A DNA stretch of 64,000 bases from Mobula hypostoma (Eukaryota), in contig NC_086111.1 of the NCBI RefSeq assembly GCF_963921235.1, positions 23,250,001-23,314,000 on the forward strand. The letters run 5' to 3'. Made by a program: the position numbers and the translations under genes. Shown here piece by piece: positions 38,675 through 51,064 of this stretch (positions are counted from its first letter, which is position 1; each line of letters begins with the position of its first letter). The notes under the pieces are model-generated. The model ran no database searches, was not told the DNA's origin, and saw nothing but the letters and a program-made list of their open reading frames with translations.

Positions 38675-41600
38675 ACATAAGACCATAAGACATAGGAGCA
38701 GAATTAGGCTATCTGACCCGTCGAGTCTGCTCTGCCATTCAATCACGGCTGATTTTTTTTTTATCTCCTCCTCAACCCCAGTTCCCGGCCTTCTCCCCAT
38801 AACCTTTGATGCCATGTCCAATCAAGAACCTATCAACCTCTGCCTTAAATACACCCAACGACCTGGCCTCCACTGCTGCATGCGGCAACAAATTCCACAA
38901 ATTCACCACCCTTTGGATAAAGACGTTTCTCTGCATCTCTTTTGAAAGGGCGCCCCTCTATCCTGAGACTGTGCCATCTTGTCTTAGACTCCCCACCATG
39001 GGAAACATCCTTTCCACATCTACTCTGTCTAGGCCTTTCAACATTCAAAAGGTTTCAATGAGATCCCCCCTCATCCTTCTGAATTCCAGCGAGTATGGAC
39101 CCAGAGCCATCAAATGTCCCTCGTGTGATAACCTTTTCATTCCTGGAATCATCCTTGTGAATGTCCTCTGGACCCCCTCCAATGCCAGCACATCTTTTCT
39201 AAGATGAGGGGCCCAAAACTGTTCACAATACTCAAGGTGAGGCCTCACCAGTGCCTTATAAAGCCTCAGCATCACATCCTTGCTCTTGTATTCCAGATCT
39301 CCTGAAATGAATGCTAACATTGCATTTGCCTTCCTCACCACTGACTCAACCTGCAAGTTAACCTTCAGGGTGTTTTGCACAAGGACTCCCAAGTCCCTCT
39401 GCATCTCAGATTCCTGGATTTTCTCCCCATTTAGAAAATAAGTCTGTACATTTATTTCTACTACCAAAGTGCATGGCCATGCATTTTCCAACATTGTATT
39501 TCATTTGCCACTTTCTTGCCCATTCTCCTAATCTGTCTATGAGTCCTTCTGCATCCTACCTGTTTCCTCAACACTACCTGCCCCTCCACCAATCTACATA
39601 TCATCTGCAAAGTTGACAACAGAGCCATCCATTCCATCATCTAAGTGGTTTATATACAGCATAAAAAGAAGCGGTCCCAACACCAACCCCTGCGGAACAC
39701 CACTATTCATTGGCAGCCAACCAAGAAAGGATCCTTCTATTCCCACTCACTGCCTCCTACCAATCAGCCAATGCTCTAACCATGTTAGTAACTTTCCTGT
39801 AATACCATGGGCTCTTAACTTGGTAAGCAGCCTCATGTGTGACACCTTGTCCGAGGCATTCTGAAAGTCCAAATATACAACATCCACTGCATCCCCTTTA
39901 TCTATCCCACTTGTAATTTCGTCAAATACCAACAGGTTCATCAGGCAAGATTTTCCCTGAAGGAAACCATGCTGACTTTGTACTATCTTGTCCTGTGTCA
40001 CCAAGTACTCCATCACCTCATCCTTAACAATTGACTCTAACATCTACCCAACCACTGAGGTCAGGCTAACTGACCTATAATTTCCTTTCTGCTGCCTTCC
40101 TCCTTTCTTAAAGAGTGGAGTAACATTTGCAATTTTCCAGTCCTCTGGCACCATGCCATAGTCCAAACATTTTTAGAAACATAGAAAACCTACAGCACAA
40201 TACAGGCCCTTCGGCCCACAAAGTTGTGCCGAACATGTTTCTACCTTAGAAATTACTAGGCTTACCTATAGCCCTCTATTTTTCTAAGCTCCATGTTCCT
40301 ATCCAAAAGTCTTTTAAAAGACCCTATCATATCCGCCTCCACCACCGTTGCCGGAAGCCCATTCCACGTACTCACCACTCTCTGAGTAAAAAACTTACGC
40401 CTGACATCTCCTTTGTACCTACTCCCCAGCACCTTAAACCTGTGTCCTCTTGTGGCAGCCATTTCAGCCCTGGGAAAAAGCCTCTGACTATCCACACAAT
40501 CAATGCCTCTCATCATCTTATACACCTCTATCAGGTCACCTCTCATCCTCCATCGCTCCAAGGAGAAAAGGCCGAGTTCACTCAACTTATTCTCATAAGG
40601 CCTGCTCCCCAATCCAGGCAACATCTTTGTAAATCTCCTCTGCACCCTTTCTATGGCTTCCACATCCTTCCTGTAGTGAGGCGACCAGAACTGAGCACAG
40701 TACTCCAAGTGGGGTCTGACCAGGGTCTTATATAGCTACAACATTACCTCTCGGCTTCTAAATTCAATTCCACGATTGATGAAGGCCAATACACTGTACG
40801 CGTTCTTAATCACAGAGTCAACCTGCGTAGCTGCTTTGAGCGTCCTATGGACTCGGACCCCGAGATCCCTCTGATCCTCCACACTGTCAAGAGTCTTAGC
40901 ATTAATACTATATTCTGCCATCATATTTGACCTACCAAAATGAACCACTTCACACTTACCTAGGTTGAACTCCATCTGCCACTTCTCAGCCCAGTTTTGC
41001 ATCCTATCAATGTCCCACTGTAACCTGTAACAGCCCTCCACACTATCCACAACACCTCCAACCTTTGTGTCATCAGCAAACTTACTAACCCATCCCTCCA
41101 CTTCCTCATCCAGGTCATTTATAAAAATCACAAAGAGTAAGGGTCCCAGAACAGATCCCCGAGGCATTCCACTGGTGACCAACCTCCATGCGGAATATGA
41201 CCCGTCTACAACCACTCCTTGCCTTCCGTGGGCAAGCCAGTTCTGGATCTACAAAGCAATGTCCCCTTGGATCCCATGCCTCCTTACTTTCTCAATAAGC
41301 CTTGCATGGGGTACCTTATCAAATGCCTTGCTGAAATCCAAATTTTTGAAAGATCATTTCTCATGCCACCACAATCTCTAACACTGCCTCTTTCAGAATC
41401 CCAAGGTGCAGTTCCTCTGGTCTGGGTGACTTACACCTTTAGGTCTTTCAGCTTTTTGAGCACCTTCTCTCTTGTAACAGTAACTGCACTCAGTTCTCTT
41501 CCCTCACACACTGCAACATCAGGCATACTGCTAGTGTCTTCCACAGCGAAGACTGATGCAAAATACTCATTTAGTTCATCAGCCATCTCCTTGTCCCCCG

Positions 41601-42175
41601 TTATTATCTGTCCTCCCTCATTTTCTAGCGGTCCTATATCCACTCTCATTTCTCTTTTATTTTTAGCATACTTCAAAAAACTTTTACTATCCACTTTGAT
41701 ATTATTTGCTAGCTTGCTTTCATATTTCATTTTTTCCCTTCTAATGATTTTTTTAGTTGCTCTCTGTAGGTTTCTAAAACCCCTATCCTCTATCTTCCCA
41801 CTAATTTTTGCTTTGTTATATGCCCTTTCTTTTATTTTTACAATAGCTTTGACTTCCCTTGTCAGCCATGGTTGTACTATTTTGTCATTTGAGTAATTCT
41901 TCACTTTTGGAATATACATGTCCTGCACCTTCCTCATTTTTCCCAGAAATGCACGCCATTGCTGCTCTGCAGACATCCCTACCAGCAGCTCCTTCCAATT
42001 TACTTTGGCCAACTCCTCTCTCATACCACTGTAGTTCCACTTACTCCACTGAAATACTGCTACATCAGACCTTACTTTCTCCCTATCAAATTTCAGGTTG
42101 AAAACAATCATATTGTCATCTCTGGTTCCTAAGGGTTCTTCTACCTGAAGCTCCCTAATTGCCTGCGGTTCATTA
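38675..42175 (-). mobile_element. CR1 LINE containing a second nested CR1 (40174-41340)
   Basis: Two sets of RT C-terminal motifs. An internal (TGTTTCTA) tail sits at 40174, and the host ORF resumes after 41340. Confidence 0.88.
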
Positions 42176-42857
42176 CATATCAAGGACCACTGCCGTGGTA
42201 ACTAGGAAGTTAGGAGAGTGGAGGGCTGGATCTTATACATTCAACTCAGACTGGAACACGAAATTTCAGAGCTTGTTCCTATTGTTGAGGATAAACCCAT
42301 CAAGGTTGGCATTTCTTCATCACCTCGGTCAGCTTGTTTTGTTAAAACAGCCTGGATTGCTCGGTCACTCCCAAGGACAGGAGTCAACATTGACGTAGGG
42401 GGCTGGACTCATGTGCATGTCAGACCAAGTAAAGAAAGCATTTTTCTCTGTAAATTACATTACAGGACCAGTCAGATATGCTACCAACCCTAATTCCTGG
42501 AATTTTAGACCAAGATTCAAAATTCCTTGACCTATATTCTATGGATATTAGTTTGTACTACTAAAAAATAATTGCTAAACAATATAACTTGTACACTCTT
42601 AAGCACCAATCTAATGTGGTAAAATAAAAAGGACGATTTGAGTCAGGTGCCAGTTTAACACCATACCTAATATTAGAACATAGAACAAAACAGCACAAGA
42701 GCAGGCCCCTTTGGTGCACAATGTTGTGCTGAACCAGTTAAATTAGTAATCAAAATATTATTAAATATCCTTCACCCAGTTAGAATTCTTCTGATTTTGC
42801 AACTAAGCCAAGTATCTGGAACTTTACACCTAAACTACCAGCATAAGATTGACTTAC

Positions 42858-42973
42858 ATTCACTTCCCCTGTCTCATTCTCTTTCAGGACGAGACTTAAC
42901 ATCTTCTCATCTGGCCCAGCCAGCAGCCTCAGGTACAAGGGGTGTTCATCATCAGAAAGTTTCCGAGTATAAA
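42858..42973 (-). CDS. RASSF1: RASSF1 exon 5 equivalent (end of RA domain)
   Basis: ctgcag|TT TAT...GTG AAT|gtaagt, 116 nt, phase compatible with the previous exon. (V)YTRKLSDDEHPLYLRLLAGPDEKMLSLVLKENETGEVN. Confidence 0.95.
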
Positions 42974-45734
42974 CTGCAGAGGAGAAAATGCAGCAAAATT
43001 TTAAGTTTCTTATTTAATTACGCAATCATACAATCAAGACTGCAAAGATCCCTCCTCCCACTTCCCTGGTTATGAGCAGAAGGGACTGATGGCAGAGCGA
43101 ATGCTCCTATGTGCCAAGTTTTATGACACATATTGAGAAAATGAATCAAACATATTCACTCAAGTCAGACAGCCACATTTTGACTTTTGCACCCCAACCC
43201 CCCCCCCACCTTGTTTACATTCCTTTGTTCATCAGCAGTGACTCACTAAATGCTCATCGTTCAGTGTCTGGACATGCAGTTTCAATCTGAGTAACTGCAT
43301 CAGACTCTGGACACATGGTTCGATACCCAGCAGCCTAACATCCTGGAGTCGGGAAATTGCAGTTAAGAAGCAAAGGATGAGCCTCTGAGCTGTAATGGTA
43401 CAACTTCATAGGGAGTCTGGCCTGGGTTGCAATTGAGGACTTAGCCAGTGACAAGGGGACAACTCAATGACAGTTAATGAAAGTTGTATATTTAAAGTTA
43501 TTTAAATATACAGAGTGGGACAGCCCTTTCGGGCCCAATGAGCTGGAACACCCAGCAGTCCTCCTAATTAATCCCAGCCTAATCACAGGACAATTTACAA
43601 TGACCAATTAACCTACCAACCAGTACGTCTTTGGACTGTAGGAGGAAAACATACAAACTCCTTACAGACCGCCAGAATTAGCTCTGATCGCCAGTGCCCT
43701 GAGCTGTTATAGTGTTGTGCTAACTGCTACGCTACTATGGTGTCCGTTTTAAAAAAGTTTGCTTAATCTGAAGTTTCAAATGTCTGTCGATAAAGCACCC
43801 ACAAAGCTGAGTGTCATTGGATTCAAAATAACTTAATGCCATTCTTCAGTACGTAAGTGAAAGGAGAACAAAATGATTGTTATTATGGATCTGATGTAGC
43901 ATAAAATAAACACATTAAACATAAAGAACACAATAAAAAAAAGCTTGTGTGTATATTGATTGATTATATGTACATAAAGTGAATGCTAGGTACAGAGTAT
44001 CCAGTTAGTCATTTTAGTGCCAATGGATAAAAGGCCCATAAGATCTTTGTAAACACAATTGACCCAGCATAACACAAAAACTAGCTGGGAAAGTACAGGG
44101 TTTCCATTTCCTAAGTCTAGCTTCACAGCGTTTTAAGAAAAAGCATTTATAAGGGAGGATACGGGAAATACATTCTAACGAAATCTCCAGAGTGCAGCCT
44201 ATGATCCAAAACACCACATCCTTATGTTGGAGTTGGCAGGGTATCAGTAAATTCCAATTTCTATTTATGTCAGCATTTCCTCTCAGCAGAAGTGAACGTG
44301 AGGATCTTAATCAAATTGGCAAACTACCTGGACACGATCGGTCATTCAATGCATTTCAGAACACAGCATTTTTAGGAACAGGAAATGACCATTTGACTCC
44401 TGATCATGCCTGGACTCTTTCGAGTGCTGAATATACCTACACTGGCTCAGCTGCACTTAGTGTATTAAAACAAAGTGGCATCTGCTGCTCTGCTTTTGGC
44501 ATTACAGCCACATATCCTCAACAGTGCCCGGCTTCCTGCCAAGAGATTCTCCTGTGGTAGGGCGTTCTGCTGGCAAAGCTCGTTGTGAAAAGGAAAAGTG
44601 AAATTTCAAGCCTTGATTAACTATGCTATTTTACCCTATAGAGGACAATTGGTTTTAGCTCAGATCTCCTTTTCCTCTTCCTCTATGCCATCTTCCTTCT
44701 CCATGCCTTTGACTCACTGGGCAGCCCACTCACTTTGACTCAGAAAATTGCAGGGCCATATCCTTGTGCACGTAACCTAGCTGACAATCTGCAGCACTGG
44801 GTAAGGCACCACTGCCGGGAGGTGCTGTCTTTAGAATGAAAAATTAAACCCATGCCCTCTCATCTCTGTGCAAAAGACAATTACGTAATCCCATGAAAAG
44901 TAGGGGAAACCTGCTCCCCACCCTGCCCCCCCCCGCCAGTCGCCTGGCAAACATTTATCTCCGAGCAGATGCTCTGCCATTACTACAATGCTGTGTGATG
45001 TTTCTGTGAGCTAATTAGTTGCTACATTTCCGGTGTATCTACAGTAACAAGTGGTGTGTATGGGGTGCCCAGGGAAGGGTAGCGCCTCTGTTGAAGGTGC
45101 TTGTTTCCATTCTAGGACGACGCACTCCCCTCTGATCCCACCAGACACACAGTTCTCATCTGTGACTCCAAGTAGCTGTTTGCATGTGACAGCAGCCACG
45201 CTGCAGGTGGGGGTAGCCAGTGGGCCTCATAGCCCAGTGAGACAGGGACATGCCTGTCCTTAGCATGTGAAATCGGCTCTGGCAGGATGGGTGGCTGAGA
45301 TCAATAGTGAGAATCAATGGCCAGGAAGGTGGTTCCGTAACACTTTGTGGGGAGCAAGGCACAGAAAAAGTCATCGTCATCCACTGCAACCCCAGCTGTG
45401 ACGACTTCCCGTACCACTGGACCTGGACTTTCAAGGTCGAGAGAGTGGAATTGCCCCAGTTCAATGGCTTCTCCGCTTTAAACAACCGCTGTACTCACAA
45501 ATTGGATTCATTACCCACACTCAACTGCGCGGCAGAAGGAATGCACAAATCTGTTGTCGTCGGATACGACGGACAACCCATCACATTGTCAAACATACCG
45601 TGGGTTGGAAGACATGTTGGGATGTACTGAGATTGTGAATGGCAGTATTTCTGCTATACTTCCAGCATTTGCAGAATCTCTTGTATTACGTCTTAACTGG
45701 CCTGAGGACAGCAATATTCTCTGAATAGACATAC

Positions 45735-46038
45735 CTTGATCGTCTTTCTCAATCCGTTCAAACAGGGCAAACTTGCGGGGATTATCCACCACCATGAACT
45801 TGTTGAGCAGTGCTTTGATCACCTCACTGGCCTTTGTGTGGCTGCTGATGTGCAAGTGTTTTACGGTGTCCTTCGGGAGGTAGAAGGACGTGCGGCGCTT
45901 TATCGACTGCGGCCGTGCTGGCGTTGCTGCTTTCTTGGCGTCGTAAATTGACTGAGGCTTCGTGTTTGCAGAGACAGAGATTGGCCTTACCAACTTCAGC
46001 TGCACCTTTATGAACCCGGTGTATGTACCGTCACTGTT
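45735..46038 (-). CDS. RASSF1: RASSF1 exon 4 equivalent (start of Ras-association domain)
   Basis: ccacag|AAC...CAA G|gtatgt, 304 nt. NSDGTYTGFIKVQLKLVRPISV...RRTSFYLPKD...KFMVVDNPRKFALFERIEKDDQ. Confidence 0.96.
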
Positions 46039-46319
46039 CTGTGGAGGTGATGGAAGTAGAGAAAAGTCAGAGCTGTCAATTGTCACATTTACATCGTGCA
46101 CTCTGTCCTCATCCACGCTGAAGCAAAGCTTGGATCGCAGGCTCATTTTTTCTAGGCTGATTTTGCTCCACCAACTTCTGCTGAGGTACCATTTGGTTGT
46201 GATGTTGCTCGCTGGTTGTTATTAACTATGCCAACTTAACAACAATGAGCAGGCATTTGAGGTATTGAAAGGCAAGGAAAGTCTATGAAACTCGAGCTAA
46301 TGACTGTACTTCTAAGGTC

Positions 46320-47235
46320 TAGAGCACTGCTGCACAGAAACAGGCCCTTCAACTCACTTAGTCAATGCTAAGCCATGATTCTGCTTAGTCCCATTGATAT
46401 GCACCAAAACCATAGCTCTCCATACCCCTTCCCATCCATGTACTTACCCAAATTTCTCTTTAATGCTGAAATCAAACCCATATCTATCACTTCCACAGGC
46501 AGCTCATTTCATTCCCCCTTAAATATTTCACTTTGCACCCTCAACCTATGACCTGTAGTTCTAGTCTCACCCAACCTCAGTGGAAAAGCCTGTTTGTATT
46601 TGCCCTGTCTATACCCCTCTTAATTTTGTATACTCCTATGAAATCTCCCCTCATTCTCCTATACTCCAGGGAATGAAGTCCGAACCTATTCAATCTTTCC
46701 CTATAACTCAGATCCTCAAGTCTCGACAACATCCTTGTCAATTTTCTCTGTACTCTTTCAAACTTATTTACATCATTCCTGTAGGTAGGTGACCAGAAAT
46801 GCACACAGTATTCCAAATTAAGCCTCACCAATGTCTTATACAACTTCAACATAACATCCCAACTCTTGTACTCAATACTTTGATTTATGAAGGTCTTTAC
46901 AACCCTATCTACCTGTGATGTCACTTTCAATGAATAATGGATCTGTATTCCCAGATCCTTCTCCTCAGTCCCCTACCATTCACTGTGTAAGACCTACCCT
47001 GTTTTGTCCTCCCAAATTGCAACACCTCACACTTGTCTGCATTAAATTCCATCTGCCATTTTTCAGCCCATTTTTGTGGTTTTATCTGTAAATTTGTTGA
47101 TCCAATTTACTACATTATCATCCAAATTATTGATAGAGATGGCAAACAACAACAAACCCAGCACTGATCGCTGCAGCACACCACTAGCTATAGGCCTTCA
47201 GTCAGAGAGGCAACTTTCTACCACCTCTCTGGCTT
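46320..47235 (-). mobile_element. CR1 3' fragment
   Basis: LEYCVHFWSP...ERVQRKLTRML. Confidence 0.85.
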
Positions 47236-48065
47236 CTGTGAAGCCAGGGAGAGGACATAAAAATCACAACGAAGCAATAACTAAAAAAGCAAGTTAATTT
47301 AGTTCATCCATGTGAGCACACACTGGTAACATGGCAGAGCAAGCCAGAGGGCCCAAATTATCATTGTCACATTGGATGGACATTACGTGGTGTACTTCAT
47401 CTTCAGGTTAGTTTCAGGGGCCCTGTTAACAGTGGATGTCCCTGTGCTGATGTAAACAGCAATGAAAAAGGCTGTCAGGCAGAATTAGCCGCAAGATTAT
47501 ATCAGACAAGCCCAGCTGGTTCAGTGGAGAGTGGGAGGAAATTCTGGCATCAGTGGAAGAAGGAGACTAATGCAACCTCCTCCACCCTCTGCTGCTACCC
47601 TGCATTTTAGGACGGGCAATTCCCAGGACAGAGAAGTAGTAAATATCCCCGCCCGAGTGAGAAACGCAGTAAAAAGCACATTAAAAGGCTAAAGACAAAA
47701 CACAGATACGAATGGGGACTATTTAACCACTAATACAAGTTTTTATCTCATGTTCTCCACCATATCAAAGTAATGCAAGTCATAAAAGAATGCCTATTCA
47801 CTAATGAGATGCAGAAGCACAAGAAAGCTGCCAAGTTATAATAATGGGTGGCAAATACTATCCAATAAAAGCCTATTCATTTTTGAGAACAAGACACTAC
47901 TGGGTTTATAGGCAATTACTGATTGTTTTAAAAGGCGTTGAGTCCCCACTTATACTGTTGCATTCAATATGGTGAAGTTACCCCTAAAATATTGTTAGAA
48001 ATTTGACGTTAAAAAAAATTGCCGCTTATGATCAAGGTATAATCACACATCACTTGTTAACTTAC

Positions 48066-48170
48066 CAGGGTCATGATGAGATCACTGTTGATCTGTGAGT
48101 TGTACTCTTTAACCTTGGATTCGATTTCATCACGTGTAAGGACCTGTTTCTCCCAATTAATGTATTCATC
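48066..48170 (-). CDS. RASSF1: RASSF1 exon 3 equivalent
   Basis: Not in the ORF track; read manually as ctccag|GATGAA...ACCCTG|gtaag. 105 nt, DEYINWEKQVLTRDEIESKVKEYNSQINSDLIMTL (human DEPVEWETPDLSQAEIEQKIKEYNAQINSNLFMSL). Confidence 0.95.
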
Positions 48171-48674
48171 CTGGAGAATAGCAGGGAAACTTTAATTATA
48201 CACAACCTTCATTAACCCATCACAAGGCAGGTACAGAAAGGGATGTGGGGAAGAGGGTGGGAGATGTTGCTTTCATTCACTTTATAATTCCAATTTTCAT
48301 ATGCACATTGGTTTGAGATCTAAATGTGGTGGTTTATCTAGTTGTCATTTGACCAATTCCGTCAGTCACATACACGGCATCTTGGAGCAGGCAGTCGGGT
48401 CAGAATTACCTACTTCTACCTGTTTCTTATGTTCTACTTGTCAATGGTAAACCCTTCACATGTTTAACATGTAAGTGCTCAGAGAAAGTAAAGTAGTCTT
48501 TGATGGTGAAAAAGGCTTACCTATTAAAATTTGATATTTAGTAAACAATCTTACCAACACACTGGCTACAATTTTTATAGCCACTTTAATGTATCAAAGT
48601 GTCCAGTCTGCTTCTAAAGAAACATAATTTATTTATTTAGGCAAAGGAATATGGATTTCTTCCCAGCAGGACAA

Positions 48675-49547
48675 GTGGTTGATGCGGACTTGGACCCAGG
48701 TGCCCATTTCCAAGCTGTGGCACCCGAGGACTTTGATCCCACCAGAGTGAAGCTTTGGTTACCATCAATTAGTACGTACGAACATTCCTGTGACAGGTGG
48801 TGGCAAAAGCAGTTGTGGATGTCTCCCCAATCCTTTTCAGATCTTTACTTTTTACGAAATACTGCTCTTAACCTCTTGTCACATTCTTTGGCTCTCTGAC
48901 AATTTTTAAATTGAGGAGGTATAGTAGGGGTCGAATTGTCATTGGGTATATTTGAGTATATTTAAAGTGGAAGTTGATACTTTTTTGATTAGTAAGGACA
49001 TCAAAGGTTACAGGGAGAAGGCAGGAGAATGGGAACGAGAGCAATAATAAATGAGCTGTGATCGAATGGCGGAGCGGACTCAATGGGCTAAATGGCCCAA
49101 TTCTGTTCCTATGTCTTATGGTCTAAAATAACAGACACGGGACTTTATCCTCCTGATTCCAGAGTTATTTATGCACATGAATGTAAATTCCCCAGCTGCC
49201 ATGGTGAGATTTGAACTCAATGTCTCTGACTGGACCAGTGGTCCAGAACTCTGTTGCTGGTCCAACAATTTACCCCCTACCATACCAACACCCCAGTTTA
49301 AAAACTTTAAGAGCCAAAGAATGTGACAAGAGGTTAAGAGCAGTATATCATAAAAGAGTAAAGATCTGAAAAGGATTGGGGAGACATCCACAGCTGCTTT
49401 TGCCACCACCCGTCACGGGAATGTTCATACATACTAATTGATGGTAACCACAGCTTCACTTTGGCGGGATCAAAGGAGCCTTTCAAAGTCCGAGGGTGCC
49501 GCAGCATGGAAGCGGGCACTTTGGTCCAAGTCCACACATCAACCACT
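48675..49547. repeat. Long imperfect inverted repeat (arms ~48675-48917 and ~49291-49547)
   Basis: Arms align by eye at roughly 85-90% identity with one 13-bp indel. Confidence 0.9.
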
Positions 49548-50565
49548 AATGCTATTTTTTATTCTCTCCATATTCTCACGTCCCCCACTGAAGGGAAATT
49601 TACAGTGGCCAGCTCACCTACCAACCTGCAGATCTTTGGGGAAGGGGAGAAAGCAGAGTACCCAAGGCAGAAGATGCAAACACACAGATGGTCAGTATTG
49701 AACTTGGATCCATTGCTGCGTAAGGCAGCGACTTTACGAGCTGAGCCACAGTGACCTGCACTCATCTATCTGATCTGTAGTCAAGGAAAACTCATTCATA
49801 GCAATGGTGACAGTGACTGCAGTGGAGAATGGGGCACGTGATGCATCAGAGGCCTACCAACTACCAACAAAAACATGCTCATTCAAAAACCATGCAGAGA
49901 CTTCACAGTTCTAAATTAACACACAGAAAATGCTGGAGGAACTTGGCGTCAATTGTTCATTCCTCTCCATGGATGCTGCCTGACCTACTGAGTTTCTCTA
50001 GTATTTTGTGTGTGGTACTCTGGATTTACAGCATCTGCAGAATCTCGTGTTTACAATTCCAAATTAGTTGTGGGGAACGCTTGCCTATCTCCTGTGCTCG
50101 TGCTAAAATTAAATCAACAGCTGAAGGATTCAGGAAGGAAAAGGATTGCTTGGCAGTTTCTGCCCATGTGTTCAGGATGTGTCAAACAATTCCCGGAGGG
50201 TCCATTATCAAATGGAAAAGCCACATCCTGTTCACTACGTGGTCTCAGAAGGTATCATTGCTCGACTCACAGCACGCTTACAAAGCAAACCCACGTGTGT
50301 TTTGGTGAGGGGCACTGGAAGTCCAAAGCTACACCCCAGTGCATGGAGCACATGAAGAGCTAATTTTCCAAGACCCCCCGAACAACTTGCATCTTTAAGG
50401 CTGTAAAATGACTGAAGGTCCTTTATAGAAACATTACCAGGCTAAACTTAACACTAAGATCATAATATGAAAATGAGAAAGGTGAACACGGTAGTAGATA
50501 TTTATAAAAGGAGGCAGTAAAGTGACAAGGGCTAAAGAGGGAATTCCTGAGTTTATGGTGTAGTC

Positions 50566-50628
50566 CAGGGGTTCCCAACTTTTTTAATGCCATGGAGCCT
50601 TACCATTAAGCAAGTTTGGGAACCCCTG
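50566..50628. mobile_element. Tiny hAT-type MITE
   Basis: TIR CAGGGGTTCCCAA / TTGGGAACCCCTG. Confidence 0.6.
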
Positions 50629-51064
50629 AGACTCTAGTCAGTTAACAGCCCAGAGGCAATTGTGGAGTAAATGAAATTACTATGTTCAAGAACCCAAATC
50701 AAGCTTAAAACATGGAAGCAAACAAGAATCCAGCAGGTAGGCAGCCAGTTCATTTGTGTTACACTTCAGACTGAGTAAAAAGAATTACTTCATATGACAG
50801 CTCAGCTTGAGATTCTGCAGTTAGGCCTCCAGTGCAGTACTTTGGCCTGGTAAGAGCCGAATCCCTCCCCGCCCAGTCCCTCACGTACTGACTCACTCTG
50901 TTCTGGATCTGGTCCAGAAGAGAGAAAGAGATTGTGGGGGCGGTTGTTCGTACAATCAGGTTGGAGACTACCAAATCTATCTATCTATCTAAATGGAATG
51001 AGGTGTTGTTCCTCTAATCTGTGTCTAGTCTCAACTTGGCAGTAACAGAGGCTAGGAACAGACA

